This document shows positions 36,001-48,720 of a DNA stretch of 64,000 nt, piece after piece (position 1 is the first letter of the stretch; every line of letters begins with the position of its first letter). Under the pieces are notes generated by a model. The model was not told the DNA's origin. It saw only the letters and a program-made list of their open reading frames with translations, and searched no databases. Made by a program: the position numbers and the translations under genes. Source of the DNA: Lama guanicoe (lineage: Eukaryota); assembly GCA_013239625.1 (NCBI GenBank), contig MU055886.1, forward strand, positions 1,178,001 through 1,242,000, in the 5' to 3' direction.

Positions 36001-39000
36001 AGTTAACATTTTTAGATCTAACGCAGTGCCCAGGAAAGGAAGAAATAAGAATAGCTCCCTGGGCTCAATTACAAATGGAGTGGAAATAATAATTTCAAAA
36101 GTTCAAGGGGAAAAAAAAATCAATCTATTTCCTTCTCCCCAAGCTTTCACTTCTATAAATACACTCACACAAATGGACCTAAGACCACTCTTCCTTATGA
36201 AAACACTACCTGTCTGGAATTTGCAAGATAAATGATGTGCTGGTCTTGCTTTCAGCCCACTGAAGCTCAAATGATGTTCTCCAAAAGCTTCTCTCTTCTT
36301 CTTAAATAACATTCATTTTCACCCTCTGATTATAAAAGCGAAATGTATCTGGTAGAAAATTTTGAAATTTTTCTTGTTTGGAGAGAGAAAATAAAAAATA
36401 TCCACTATAATCTATAACTTGCTCATTACCCTCCAGCCTTTTTGTGTGAGAATACACATTTTTGACATATTGAGAACTTACTGTATATGCTGGTTTATAG
36501 CTTGATTTTCCTCTTAGAACAATACACTATAAATATTTGCATGTCTCTTTATTATTCTATTCTTTTTTTTGATGTCGTATAAATAGCAGCGCCATTTGTA
36601 AAGCTAATCCCCTATTGCTGGACATTTGGTTTATCTTAGCAAGGTCTGTATTACAAATAATGTTGAGATAAATATCTTTGCATAATACATCTCTAGTTAG
36701 TCTTTCAGGATAAATTCTCAGGAGCAGTGCTGCTGGGTGAAAGATCGTGGGCAAGTTTGTAAGGCTTTAAATGCAGCCACCAGGTTGTCCTCCAGAAAGG
36801 TTATCCCAGTCTAACTCCTGTCAGCTCACTGATCCCTAACTGAATACATTTATAAAGGGAGTGTTGTTGCTTTTATTTGCAGTCCTTTGAATACTCTGAA
36901 GGCAGATTTTTCCCAAAGGTTTTGTGTCTACAGTACCTTTTCAGAGTATTTTTTAATTGTCTGCTTCTATTCATCAGAAAGACAACATCCTACTCCCTCT
37001 CCAAAGGGTGTTTCCCTCATCCCTTCTCCAAGGGAATCCTTGTGGTCTCCTTGCTCAGCATCTGCCACCCACATTTTCTCCTGGCTGCCCTTCACTCCAT
37101 TTTCAACAAACATTTCACAATTCCAGCAATAAGTTAGACTAAGAACCCAATAATCAGTCATTTATTCCCTCATCCATCTATTCATCGGCTATCTGTTGGG
37201 GGTCTGAATGCTCCAGGAACCACACTGAGAGAGAAGTAGAAACAAAACACTCTGAGAAGTCAGGAAAGGGAAAGTCAATGAGGCCCCAAAAGCAGAAGTA
37301 CACTTGAAGTGAAAGACAACTCATAATTTTACTGGTAGGGGAGGGGACAGGAGAGGCTAGGAAAAGGGAATGGCACAAGCAAAGGTCCTGAGGCACGCTA
37401 AAGCATCACATGTTGAAAGGATGTTTTTCATTTAAGGCATGAGAATGATGGGCTGAGGACGAAACTGAAAAGTTAGCTTCTGCTGAATTCACCTGCTGAA
37501 CTGCTCTCTTCCCTGCATCATGACTCTGCTTGTAATTCCTGGCCCATCTCCAATGAAGACAGACTCCTTCAAAAGCCTTCTTGAGAACCATCCTCACCAT
37601 CCATCTCTCCACACTCTCTGCCTGGGGCAGGAATCCTGGCACTCACAGCAGTCTCCTCAGCAATCCCCAATGAACAGATGACTCTGTTAGCTAATTCCTG
37701 AGCATAAGCCTTATCATTCCAGCTAGAAAGAACCTTCTGAATAATAATATATTCTCTAATACCCCTAGCCTCTCAACATGGGGCTTAACTTATAATAGGC
37801 AATCAATAAAAACTTACAGACTCTAACCAAAGTAAACTGGGCAGAGTAAATACCAGAGAAGGGATGAGAGTGTACATGTTGCAGGCGTCTAACTCTAATC
37901 CAGACAGCTGGGAAAATTGAAACTGTCTTTGAAAATTAGCTTCTGGACACAATCATGGCAAAAGATGGATGAATTCTCTTCGGGACTGTAATTCTGCATC
38001 TACCTAGACATTTCTCAGGCACACAAATGGTACTTGTTAAACTGTGCTGCCTATTCCAAGAGCTTCTGTGCATAAAGGTCAATATATTCTGGAGATCCAA
38101 GTTTTTTTTTTCTTTGCAGGGAGGCAGGAGGAGAAGAGAGAAAAGAAGGCTCCCACTACAGGCCATCTCTGCTGGGATTTTCCATACTGATCATTCCGAT
38201 TCAAAGTGAAAATTCTAATGCCACCTGGCAGGAACCAGTCTCCATCATTCACGTGGGCAGCATTTCTACACAATTCTTCCATGAAGGCAAAGAACCTGTA
38301 CATCCCTCAATGGCTGCTCTCTCCCTGTTCTGGTTCAGAGTCCCCCAGCTCTGGATTCATCTCCATACAGCATTCATCACGCTGCTTTCCTTGTTTGTCC
38401 CCACAATGGGCCATGACCTCTACAAGGCTGATGACTGTTTTTCCATCCCTATGTGCCCAGGGGCCTAGAACATCACCCTCCACACAGTGGGCAATCAATC
38501 TTTGTTGTGGAATTAAATGATGTGCCAGGGCTAGAAAGGACCTTAGAAAGAACCCAGGCCACATATGGGAAATGGAGGCCCAGACAGGGGAAGGAACTTC
38601 TCCAAATACACACAGAGAGCTGCTGGTAATTAGGAGGTGAATGAGAGAAAGAAATCAAAGATATCAGCAATGCTCGAGGAGGAATTAGGAGGCTGAGGGG
38701 CTTGATGGACCTTGGAAAGGATGATGACTTGGGGGAAAACTGAGTTTGGTTTTGGACAGCCTCTAACACTCAGAACAAGTCTTATCTCTTTCTCCATGAC
38801 AGCCCTTCAGATAATAGAAAAAGGAAATTAACATATATTGAATAGTTACCATGTGTCAGTGGAAAACAGCAATCCTGTCCTTCCTGTGTCTTCGTTTCCT
38901 CTAAGTTTTACACTCACAGATAATTGAGTAAATAAACAAGTAAATTATGTGCCTCATGTCACGCAGCTAGTAAACCCAAGTCTGACTGAGTCAAAAACCC

Positions 39001-41011
39001 AGGTGCTTTCTCCTGAACCCCACTGCCTCTCTGACCCTAGCCCTGAGGCTACAGGGTACCACGGAAGAGCCGGACAGAGTGAGTTCACAGGTAGGCTTGG
39101 CCATATCCCAGGACACCAGGCAGCAGCTTCAGAAGCTGAATGCTAGCTCTGCAGCCTCTCCACCCACACCGCCCCTCGCTAGCACTTGGCTGACAGGCTA
39201 GACCCACTGCGGGACCATGCATAAGACAGAGAAATACAGAGGCCCACATTTGCCCTTGACTTAGCTAGGATACTGCTGGTGACTGTGAAAGTAATGAGAG
39301 CAGCTAGGAGCCAGCTACCAGTCAGTCAGTCATCATAATCACAGTCCATTTCATCGTCAACACTGTAAGCCAAGCCTCTGCCTAGGACCGCGCCCCTTCT
39401 TGGCTCTGGATTGAACCAGGCTTGTCCCTGCCTGGGAGAAGCTCACGGTCCAGTAGAGCAGGTTACATGGAAACACCCCATTACCATATAGTCTGGGGAG
39501 TGTTATCTTGGAGGGATAACAGGCTGGGGCGGGGGGCTCCCCCAACCTGGAAAGGATTCCCAGACAAAGCAGACATTTTGATGTGGGGATATTTCCAATT
39601 GGCTATATCAAATAAGACTTGTCAAAGTGGGAAATTACTATTCTTTAAACCCAGCAAAAAAAATAATGAGAAACAGAAATCTCTGAATTGCTCTCCCTCC
39701 CCTTCCCTTAGGGCTCCAAGCAGTGCAGTTGGAATATCTGCTTTATTAGATACTAAAGTCCCTTTCAAATCTGAGGTTCTTCCAGCTCAGGTCTGGTGGG
39801 ATGAGCAGGAAGGGGGCAATCTGAGGCGCTAGTGGGGATACAACTAAGGGCACTTTGGGGTGTACTGCTCTGTCTTTCCCCTAAGGGCTCAGTTCAAATG
39901 CCAGTCCCTCCTGAAAGCCTTCCTGGATCTCACTCAAGGCATGGCCAGCCCTCTGCTGGGCTCTGCTGAGTCTCTGTAGCACCCTGTCCCACACCGACTT
40001 GCTGCAGGCCGGGCAGGGACTAACTGACCTGTCTCCTCCCTCCTCCCCTCCCACTCCTGCCTGCATCCCTGCACAGTCCTTTCTTAGGAAAGCACACTGA
40101 ACTGAGTGGAGCAGTGGTCCAGGAGGATGCTTTGGGCAGGTGTGAGGTGGTAATCCTGGAGCAGCCATGAGCAGAGCATCTGGAGCTGCTCAGTGCCAGG
40201 TCCTCCCAGGCCACTGTCTTCCCTCTGCTTCCTCTCAGCTCCACCACCCGTTTCAGCAGACCCAACACTCTCACTTGCCCTAGGCCTTTCTGGCACTCTG
40301 GAATGTCAAGTGCAAACAAAGTCGTGCACACTCTTTTTGGAGAAAAGCATATTTTGCTGTGTCTTACATTTGGAAAGCCCATTAGCCAGCAGCTGATGGA
40401 AGACCCCGCTTAAAAGATCGTGGAACCTCATCTAGCTGAAGGGCAAGAAGATGACACTACAATGCACTTGCAAGGCTGCAAAGTAGCATTTCCTGATTTT
40501 TTACAGAAAGAGATATGTACTTGGGCACTGAGAATATAAATTATTTCCCTCAAGTTCAATGAGCCAATCTCATACTAAATTAGAGGGGAAATGCAGGGAC
40601 ATTAAGTCTTCCTGTATGTGTCTCTTCTCTACCCAGAGCACGTTCGTTCACTGTGGGAACTCCTCTAAGTCTAAGAACTGGTAATGAATATTTTAACAGG
40701 CACAGCTTCTCCTTCCCATTGATAAAAACTCCACCGACTAGCCAGAGCATGCTGGGGAACATGAGGGAGTGGACCAGAAACACCTGCGTTTTCCTGGGCA
40801 GCCTAATCCCTGAGCCCCTCCCACATCTGTGGGCCAGGGATGATTTGAGCAGCCTTGGCATCCTCAGAGCAGCAGCCATGATGCTGAAGGAAGGAAGAAA
40901 CATGAAACATGCAGAATAAAGACCTGAGGCTGGTGATCCTGGAGAGCTGGGTGGGTCCAAATATGATTGAGAAAAAAGACAGTTATGTAAGTAAAACAAG
41001 TAGAGAGCCAA

Positions 41012-41240
41012 AGACTGAATGGTGGCCTGCCAAAAAAATATGTCCACACCCTAACTTGGAAACCTGGAAATATTACCTGATTTGGAAAAAGGGTCTTTGC
41101 AGATGGAGTTAAATTAAGGATCTTATCCTGGGTTATCCAGATAAGCCTTGAATACAATGACAAGCGTCCTTGTAAGAGTGAGGTAGAGGAAGATTTGACA
41201 GACAAAAGTGAAGGAGGCAATGTGACTAAGGAAGCAGAGA
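41012..41240 (+). mobile_element. MLT1 (ERVL-MaLR) LTR 5' part
   Basis: tgaatggtggcc ... aaatatgtccac ... atttggaaaaagggtctttgcagatg ... ttaaggatctt ... gaaggaggcaatgtgact ... gcagagactggagtgatgc. Confidence 0.8.
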
Positions 41241-41439
41241 CTGGAGTGATGCCAACTGACCCAGAGCCATTCCACATCAACCACTGTCTGAGACACTCCT
41301 CCACAGCCCACCAGGTCTGACAGCAACAGGCATGCAGCTCCCCAGTGGCCCAGTGTAGAGCCCAGAAGAGGAAGCTGATAGCAAACTCTGAGAGACCCCT
41401 AGAGAGCCTAGCTGGGCCTCAGGCGTGTTGATGTTAAGA

Positions 41440-41850
41440 CAGACTCTGAAGTAAGGCTGCTGTGTCTCACTCTGGGCTGGTCAGACTCCACCTGCACAAC
41501 TGCATCCAGTTTTTAACTCCATCCTTTCCTGGGGACATTCTGACTAAAGAAGTGAAGACTCGGGGACCTGATCCCTGTCTTTCAATGTCCAAATGGCTTA
41601 AATGGCTGTCACAGGGAAGAAGAAATAGATTTTTGTGTGAGGCTTCAAAGGGCAGAATCAAGGTCGATGGAGCAGCCATTGCCTGGAGGAAGAGTTTCGT
41701 TCATCATAATGAAGAACCTTCTAATAATCAGAGCCAACTGACAATGGTCTAGGAGTGCCTCGGGGATGGGCAGGTCCGAGCAGAGGCTGGGTGTGCTAGG
41801 GAAATTCCTGCACCAGACAAAGGCTGCATTTGATCTTCTCCAAAGTTGGC
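41440..41850 (+). mobile_element. L3/CR1 LINE relic
   Basis: ctgggctggtcagactccacctg ... ctgcatccagttt ... gaagaaccttctaataatcagagc ... agcagaggctggg. Confidence 0.55.
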
Positions 41851-44800
41851 AACGCGTCTGAAGGTCTGTTACTGTTGGCTAAAATATCCTGTAAAATATC
41901 CTATGTGAATCTAGGTTTTCGGCATATAGACAGGGAATGCTCTCACTAAAGCTTATTACACAGCTTTTGTGAAGAACTAAGTACTGCAACTACTTAGGAA
42001 TGAGCTCAGAAAATAGTCAACTCTTCCTGTTCCTCTATACAAAATGATCCCAACCCCCAGGGAGGAAGGAAGAGGAAAAGCATATATCTCCATGAGGACG
42101 TCAGCCTCTAAGCTGACCAGGAGCCAGCAGCACATGCACCGGTACTGGGGAGCCCTGGACAGCCTGGGCTTGAGCCTGGCTCCAGAAAGAAACAGAGAAC
42201 AGAGACTCCAGCTACCAACTGAATTATTTTCATAAGCACCAATAAATGGCACCCTCATCTTTATTATAATAATTGCTTTTCCTTTTGCATCCTTCTGAAT
42301 TCTACATGTGGAACAAAGTGAACAACAAAGCAGTAACTCAAAGCTTAACCGTTTGATGCTCACAAGTTAGCCGTGGAGAGGTATTTTTTTGAGGGGATGG
42401 GTGGCAGTTGGTATTATTACCTCTGGTTGTAACAAGCTCTAGCCTACATTCTCGGATACTCGGAGTTCAGGAAGAGCAGCATTTCACATCTGCCCACACA
42501 TCTGTCTTCTTTTAAGTCAAGATCTCAGCACTGTTGCATCCGGATGAATTCCTCTGAAGCTCTTTCCGTTCAGGATTTTGAAAGTTTGCCATGTTACCCT
42601 TTCACTGAAATGGCTGAGCTACTCAGATCATTCCTCCAGAGAGGTCAAAAGAACATTCTTTCATACTTTTAGATTTACCAGTATACCTTTTCTAGCCCGT
42701 AATTAGTGGGGTTTTTTTCTTTTTTTCCCAAAAGAACCGGTGTTAGGCGCGTATCATTTAGCAGCCAGCTTGTCAAATGATTGGAAGCCTGAACCATTTC
42801 TAACGAGTGGCAAAAAGGTCTCCAAACATCAAGTGGGTCCCTGAAAATACAGTTTCACTCCAGTGAACATAATGGCTACTACCCTCATCAATTGGCCAAA
42901 CACCAAATCAGGCTTCCCGTTGTCCTTCAGGCAGATAGGCAATTAAAAAAAAATCCTCATATTTGCAGAGCTGCATGATATAATCTGTAGCTACCAAAAC
43001 AAATTTAAGACTGCGTTATCCTGCTTCCACGAATGTGTGTTAAGACTGGTGTATATCTTCGACTATAGGAGAAGTACAGCTACAATAACTGTGCATAAAT
43101 CAAAATTTTATATACTGACTGGTGTTGAGTACACAGGCATGCTTGGCATTTGAAAGCTTTCCATACCAAATCTTTTGGTACGGGGCAAAATCCTTCTGTA
43201 ACATGTAAAATTATTGCCAAGTCTGTCTAGCTTGAAGATTCTAATTTTACATAGCATATTTATTGGAATCAGCCATACCGAATAGCTAAATTCAAAATTT
43301 AGACACATCTCTAAGGTTACATCAACTCTTCATCAAATGAAGGACCAACATTTCAAGACATCTGAATGCCACAAGTGAGTTCAGCTGAGGACCACAACCC
43401 CTATGCATCAGCACTGTGTTTCTGGCCTGATTCAAACCATTTCAGATCTCAGAAAAATCACCGGCTTCTTTCCATCCAATGCAGCAAATGCATATCTCAC
43501 TAGGGCTGAGCTCTGTGAGAAGGGCTGTGGGGTGGAGGTAAGAGGGATGTTATGCCAGCCCTCCCAGGGACTTCTCAAGGCTGTGGTCACATACACAAAT
43601 GGCTGCACACAGAATCCTTCAAGGTTGACAGAATGATTCTCCATGAGAGGTACTGGGTGCAGAGGTGGGAGGTCAGGGGAAGATGAAGGCCCTGGGACAA
43701 GGAGATCTGGAAGACAGCTCCTGGGGCAAAGAGAATTTGAGCTGGGCCTTCAGGCATGGGCAAGATCACAAGGGCTGAAGCACATGCCAGGCAGAGGGGC
43801 CAGATGGAGGAGCAAAGCCCTAGAGACCTGGGGGGTGGGAGGGATTAAGTGTGGAGGACAGGATGGGGGGGAGGGGAGCTGAGAGATGGTGTGAAGATGG
43901 CCCACCATGTCTGCCAGGCTGAGGACCCTGTACTTCATTGTCCATACACGGGGGACCCACTGAAAATCTCTGGGCCACATGTTAGGAAAAAAACAAGAGA
44001 ATGGAAAGAGGAAGATATGTTTGAGAGAGATTTTGGAAGCAAAAATGACAGGACTTGATGAGTGACTAGATTTCAGGAAGGAGGGATCAAGGGAGAGGAA
44101 AGGTCACAGATAACGATGCTCCCTCGCTGTAGAGTTCCCATCCTGGAGTGGGAGGAGATGCTGGCCATCGGTATCTCACAGCAAGGGGGCAAGGCTAGCT
44201 TCAGTGGCACCAAGGGCTTGGCCCCACTCAAGCTTCCCCTCTGCACATCAGTGAGCACCTCCAGGGACACTACTCTTCAGGGCTGCAGTGAGAGAGAGAG
44301 GATGAGGGAAAGGCGGATGGGGAGGGAGGAAAGGAAGAGAGGAAAGGAGGAGGGGACAGGAAAGGGCGGGAGAGGGAGAAAGGGATTTTTCTTTCTTTTT
44401 TTTTTTTTTTTTTGAGGTGAACTGTTACCAACTTGAATAGACTTGGATTGTGTCTACCAAAGCAGACTCACTTTGGGATGCCTGAGGGCTCCAACTTCTG
44501 TAGTATACCGTGGCCAGCTCTCTTGGACCAATTCTTGCCTTGCGTGCAGAAGTGGCTCTACAGTGAAATGTGCCCAAAGCAGCAGCAGCAGCTGCGGCAG
44601 TAGCTCACGGCACCACTCTGGGCCTGACCTCACAGGTGAGACTGCTGTGGCTGGGGTTCCTCTTTTCAATACTCTGAAAACATAGTTTTATCCAGAAAGG
44701 GCAGAGCACCTGCTCCAGAGTCTCTTCAATAACCGTGGGGAGGACATCTGTACAGACAGCCTATCTGGTCCTAGAACACACCACGCCCTTTCAAGCCTCC

Positions 44801-47800
44801 AGGCCTTTGCATTTGCTGTTCCCTCTGCCTGGAATACTCCCTTCCCCCAAGCTCATTCCCCTTAATTTAACCTTTATTCAGTGCTGGCCACTTACCTGCC
44901 ACTATTCTAAGTACTTCACATACAGCAACTCACTCAATCCTTGCCACAACCAGGTAGGGTTATTATCCCCAGTTTACAAACAACGAAATTGAATCCCAGA
45001 AAACTAAATAGCTGACCGTGGAATATATATTTAGTTGTTGGAGGGACCAGGATTTAAATCCAGGCGGTGTGGCCCCAGGATACACAAAGCTACCCAGCCT
45101 CTTGCAGAGCGGGGCTGCCCTCCCTCACTCCAGTCCTGACTGGCTCCCTGGCTCAGACAGGCCTTCCCCCCTACCCTCAAGCGGCACACCCCCCATGACA
45201 TTCTCTCACATGACCCTGCTTCTTTCCTTCCCAGTCCTTAGCACAACCTGTAATTATCTGATTTACGTATTTACTTGTTTATTATGTTTCTCAACTAGAA
45301 TATACACTCCAGGAAGGCAGGGATCTTGCCTTTCCAGTATATTCCTGGGGCACCTAGAATAAGTTCTCTGGCACAAAGTAGAAGTTCTCTGAATAACTGT
45401 TGAATGAACAAAGGGAGGGCAGTACTGTGGATGCCGCATGGCGCTACATGGGAACATAAGGTGTTGCAATGTTGTTCTTTACCCTCCTGCTCTGTTCTCC
45501 TTCCTTGGCTACTACAAATCCCCCTGCCTGCACTAAGGCAGACGGGAGCCAGCGCCCAATTCCCAGTATATATGGACAAGGCTGATCTATTTTTATCTAT
45601 GTCTGTCAACTCCAGAGACCAGGGTCCTTGAGCACTAATGATAAGCTTGTGGGAGGCAGGGATTCCATCTTCCAATTAACCCCTCTGTGGCCTCCCACCG
45701 GCTAACAGTATTTACAGGGCACTGGCTGCTGTGGATGACAGTGTCTGATCTGAGCACCTTCCAAATAACAAAAAGCGCCGGCCCCTTGAATCATGAGGCA
45801 CCTTGAATACAAATCACACTGTCCCAGGAACTCCATCCTGATGGTCAGGTTCCAAGTCAACACACAGGCTAAAACAAAAAGTACTGTTTATATATTCCAG
45901 TGGTGTCTAGCAACATTTAGGGAGCTTGCCTGCGAGCTCGCTAATAAAAGGAACTAACTTATCAAACACCCATTGTATGTAAACACTCTGTGAGGCGCTT
46001 TTACACATGATCCCATTTAACCCTGCGAGTTTAGAATAATTATTTTTCCCCTTTTACAAATGAGAAAAGTGAGGTTTACAGATCCAATACCCCCAAACCA
46101 GTGTGGGTTCATGTGCAGGATCAGAGCCTCCCAACCCTCTTTCTACTGCCCTCTCTCTGCTCTGAAGCACTCTGACTTCTCTTGCACTTCCTCCAGACTC
46201 TTCTCTATCTGGGCCCTGTGCTTTCCCACCTCTGTACCTTTGCTTGTTCCACTTCTGTGACCTAAAATGGCTTTTCCACTTTCCACCACCTGTTGAATCC
46301 TCTTCTTCCTACCACTTTTCACGGCACAGACTTCACCATGTCCCCAGTTAGAATTCGTCCTCCTCAGAGTTCCCAGAGGTCCCAAAGATTAGCCCTCAGA
46401 ATGCTCAATGGTATAATCCTCTTTCTTCCTCACTAGAATCTGAGCTCCTTGAGGGTAGAGCCTGGCAGTATTTTCCCTATTTGTTGCCTCCTGAATGAAC
46501 TGAACTGCTGAAGAATGAAGATGGGAAAGACTGGAGGCATTCGAATGCATCTGGGAGATCAAAGGTTCTGGACAAATTAGCTTCAACTAGAGACTATTGT
46601 TCGGGGAAAGGCAAACTTATGTACCACAATTCTGCTGTTCTCCTGCTCTAGTCACAAAACACACTCTCACTAGTCCTCTGATTTCATAAAGCTTGAAACT
46701 TAAAACCAGGAAGTCTAGGAAGGAAATAAAATAATAAAATCACTTCCATAAGAACCCTTTCATAGTAATGGATTTCACCCACACACGGGGGAGATGCTAA
46801 TTGCAGCACAAGGGGGATAAGAGATTGGGCAAAAGCACAAAGTTCATCTTCTAGGATATCACAGTTAACTCCCTCCTGCTTGTTCTGCTGTGGCTGCACC
46901 AGAATTCACTTGTTCTGCAAAATATGCACTTGCTGAACGGTTGGCCTCTCTAAGCACAGCTAGGTTGAACACCCACAAAGGAAGGCCTGACCTGTAAGTG
47001 ATTTTAAATCGTCTTTATTGCAAAATATCTCAACCTCGTCACTTTAGACTAGAAACAAGTAGATGCTGGCCTCTGAGTAGGACCCCTAGATCAGTGCATT
47101 ATTTTTCCCAAACAACTATTTTGAGGTTTTTACGAAAATAACCGACTCACAAACAGAAATGCTTCTGACCTATACAGCACTTTGAAAACAAATCATTATG
47201 CCTTTGAATATTTTATGATGGGCCAAAGCATTGAAGGAGGGAAGGCGAGCATTCACCAATCCTTGCCATGTCTATTTTGAGACTCCTAAAGCAAACTGCA
47301 AATGCCTCCTTTATTTTCTAAGCGCCCATTTGCAAGTGCCGGGTGGCTTCTCCGTGAAATATTGCCTCCACCCAAACTGACACCAAATGCAGAAACCCAG
47401 AAATTCCACTTCTCCAGGTTTACAGCGGAAGAATCTCAATAATTATATTATCTAGTGCACACTCCCTACCTCGGCCCACCCCCATTTTATAGGCGGTAAA
47501 ACCAGTGGGGGTACTTGCCCAGGGTCACACAGTCAGTGGATGTCAGAGGAGCCACTAGGAGCCAGGGCCCCGACTCCCAGCCCTGGGAGCATCCTTTATT
47601 CCCAAAGGCTGACCAAACACCCCTCCTAAAGCTCAGCCAAAGCTGCTGCAGGTAAGCGACGTGACCCGCGAGACTGACTTCCGTAGGTTCTAAGATTCCT
47701 GTCACCCCCAAGGAGCTGTGGAACTGAGACACTCAGGGGTGCCCCTCGACTCGCAAAGTGGGAATACAGGCATGGCGCTTCAGGTAATCGTCTCTGGCGA

Positions 47801-47949
47801 ACCCCTCCCAGTTCAGGACTGGCCGTAGAGACAGGGCAGGGCGAGCTGGTCGGAGGTCACTTACAAAGTTGACGCCAGTTGTAACCGCACCTGAACCCAG
47901 GTCTCTCACCTCCCAGTTTGCCGCTCTTTGCACCACACCATGCAGACCT

Positions 47950-48720
47950 CGAAAACTTAAGCAATTCATAGATACTGTGTGAAGATTTAACTGTTGCAGG
48001 CCCTAAGCGAGCCCGCGGACGCGCAGCCCGCCCGGAGAGGGGACAAGAAGACTGGAGGCAGGCGCCGGTCACCAGGAGCCGGTGGTGCAAACGGGAGCGC
48101 ACCGCGGAGGGCGGCGCGGAGGAAGCCGCGGGGCAGGCAGTATGCAGCTCCCGGAGGCGCAGGCCCGGGGCGCAGGGACCGGCAGTCCCCCCCAAAACTT
48201 TACGGCGCCGGGTCCTCGCCCTTACCTGCAAGGAGGCGCCGCCCGCGCGGACGCGGACCTGGCAGGCTGACGCTCTCGGCGAGGGGCGACCCCGCCCGGC
48301 GGCGGGCACGGACGCGGCCAGGGTTCGGCCAGCGGCTCGGCTCGGGCTCGGCTCGGGCTCCGCCTCCCGCGCCGCGGCTGCAGCCGGAGGAGGGGTGCAC
48401 GGCCGGGCTGCGCCCGCCCGCGCCGTCTGGCCGCGGCAGGTGCTGAGGCTGCAGCTGCGGGGCTGCCAGCTGCCGGCGCCGCGACCCCCGCCCCGGGGGG
48501 AGGAGCCCCGTGCGCCGCCTCCGCGGGTCCCGGAGGTCCCGGCCCGCCGCAGTGGGCGGTCCCGCTCCCACCCGGGCCCTGCCTCCGCCCGCCTTCCCCA
48601 GCTCCCGCCTGGGCACGCAGCGTCAGCGGGGTACCCATGGGGAGACTGAGGCCAGGAGAGAAAGGAGCTCCCCAAAGGTCACCCGGACCGGCGGCGGTGG
48701 CCCCAGAACTGGAATCCAGA
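47950..48720. promoter_or_regulatory. CpG island / TATA-less promoter of FRMPD1
   Basis: Abrupt very high GC and CpG density against a CpG-depleted background; Sp/KLF GC boxes (CCCCGCCC ~48290 and ~48486, GGGCGG ~48554, CTCCGCCC ~48583). Confidence 0.9.
48226..48380 (-). other. FRMPD1: FRMPD1 non-coding exon 1 (3' end exact, TSS approximate)
   Basis: Consensus donor TGCAG|GTAAGG inside the CpG island. The 39.6 kb distance to exon 2 is similar to the ~40 kb first intron recalled for human FRMPD1. Confidence 0.7.

Larger units (their letters stand above)
8611..48225 (-). other. FRMPD1: FRMPD1 intron 1 (39,615 nt, GT-AG)
   Basis: Bounded by the exon 1 donor and exon 2 acceptor; repeat-rich with no coding signal. 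Confidence 0.7.

Noticed and set aside
44417-44640. Possible antisense (+) exon between poly(T)-GAG and CAG|GTGAGA
   Set aside because: GAG is a poor acceptor and nothing else supports a transcript.
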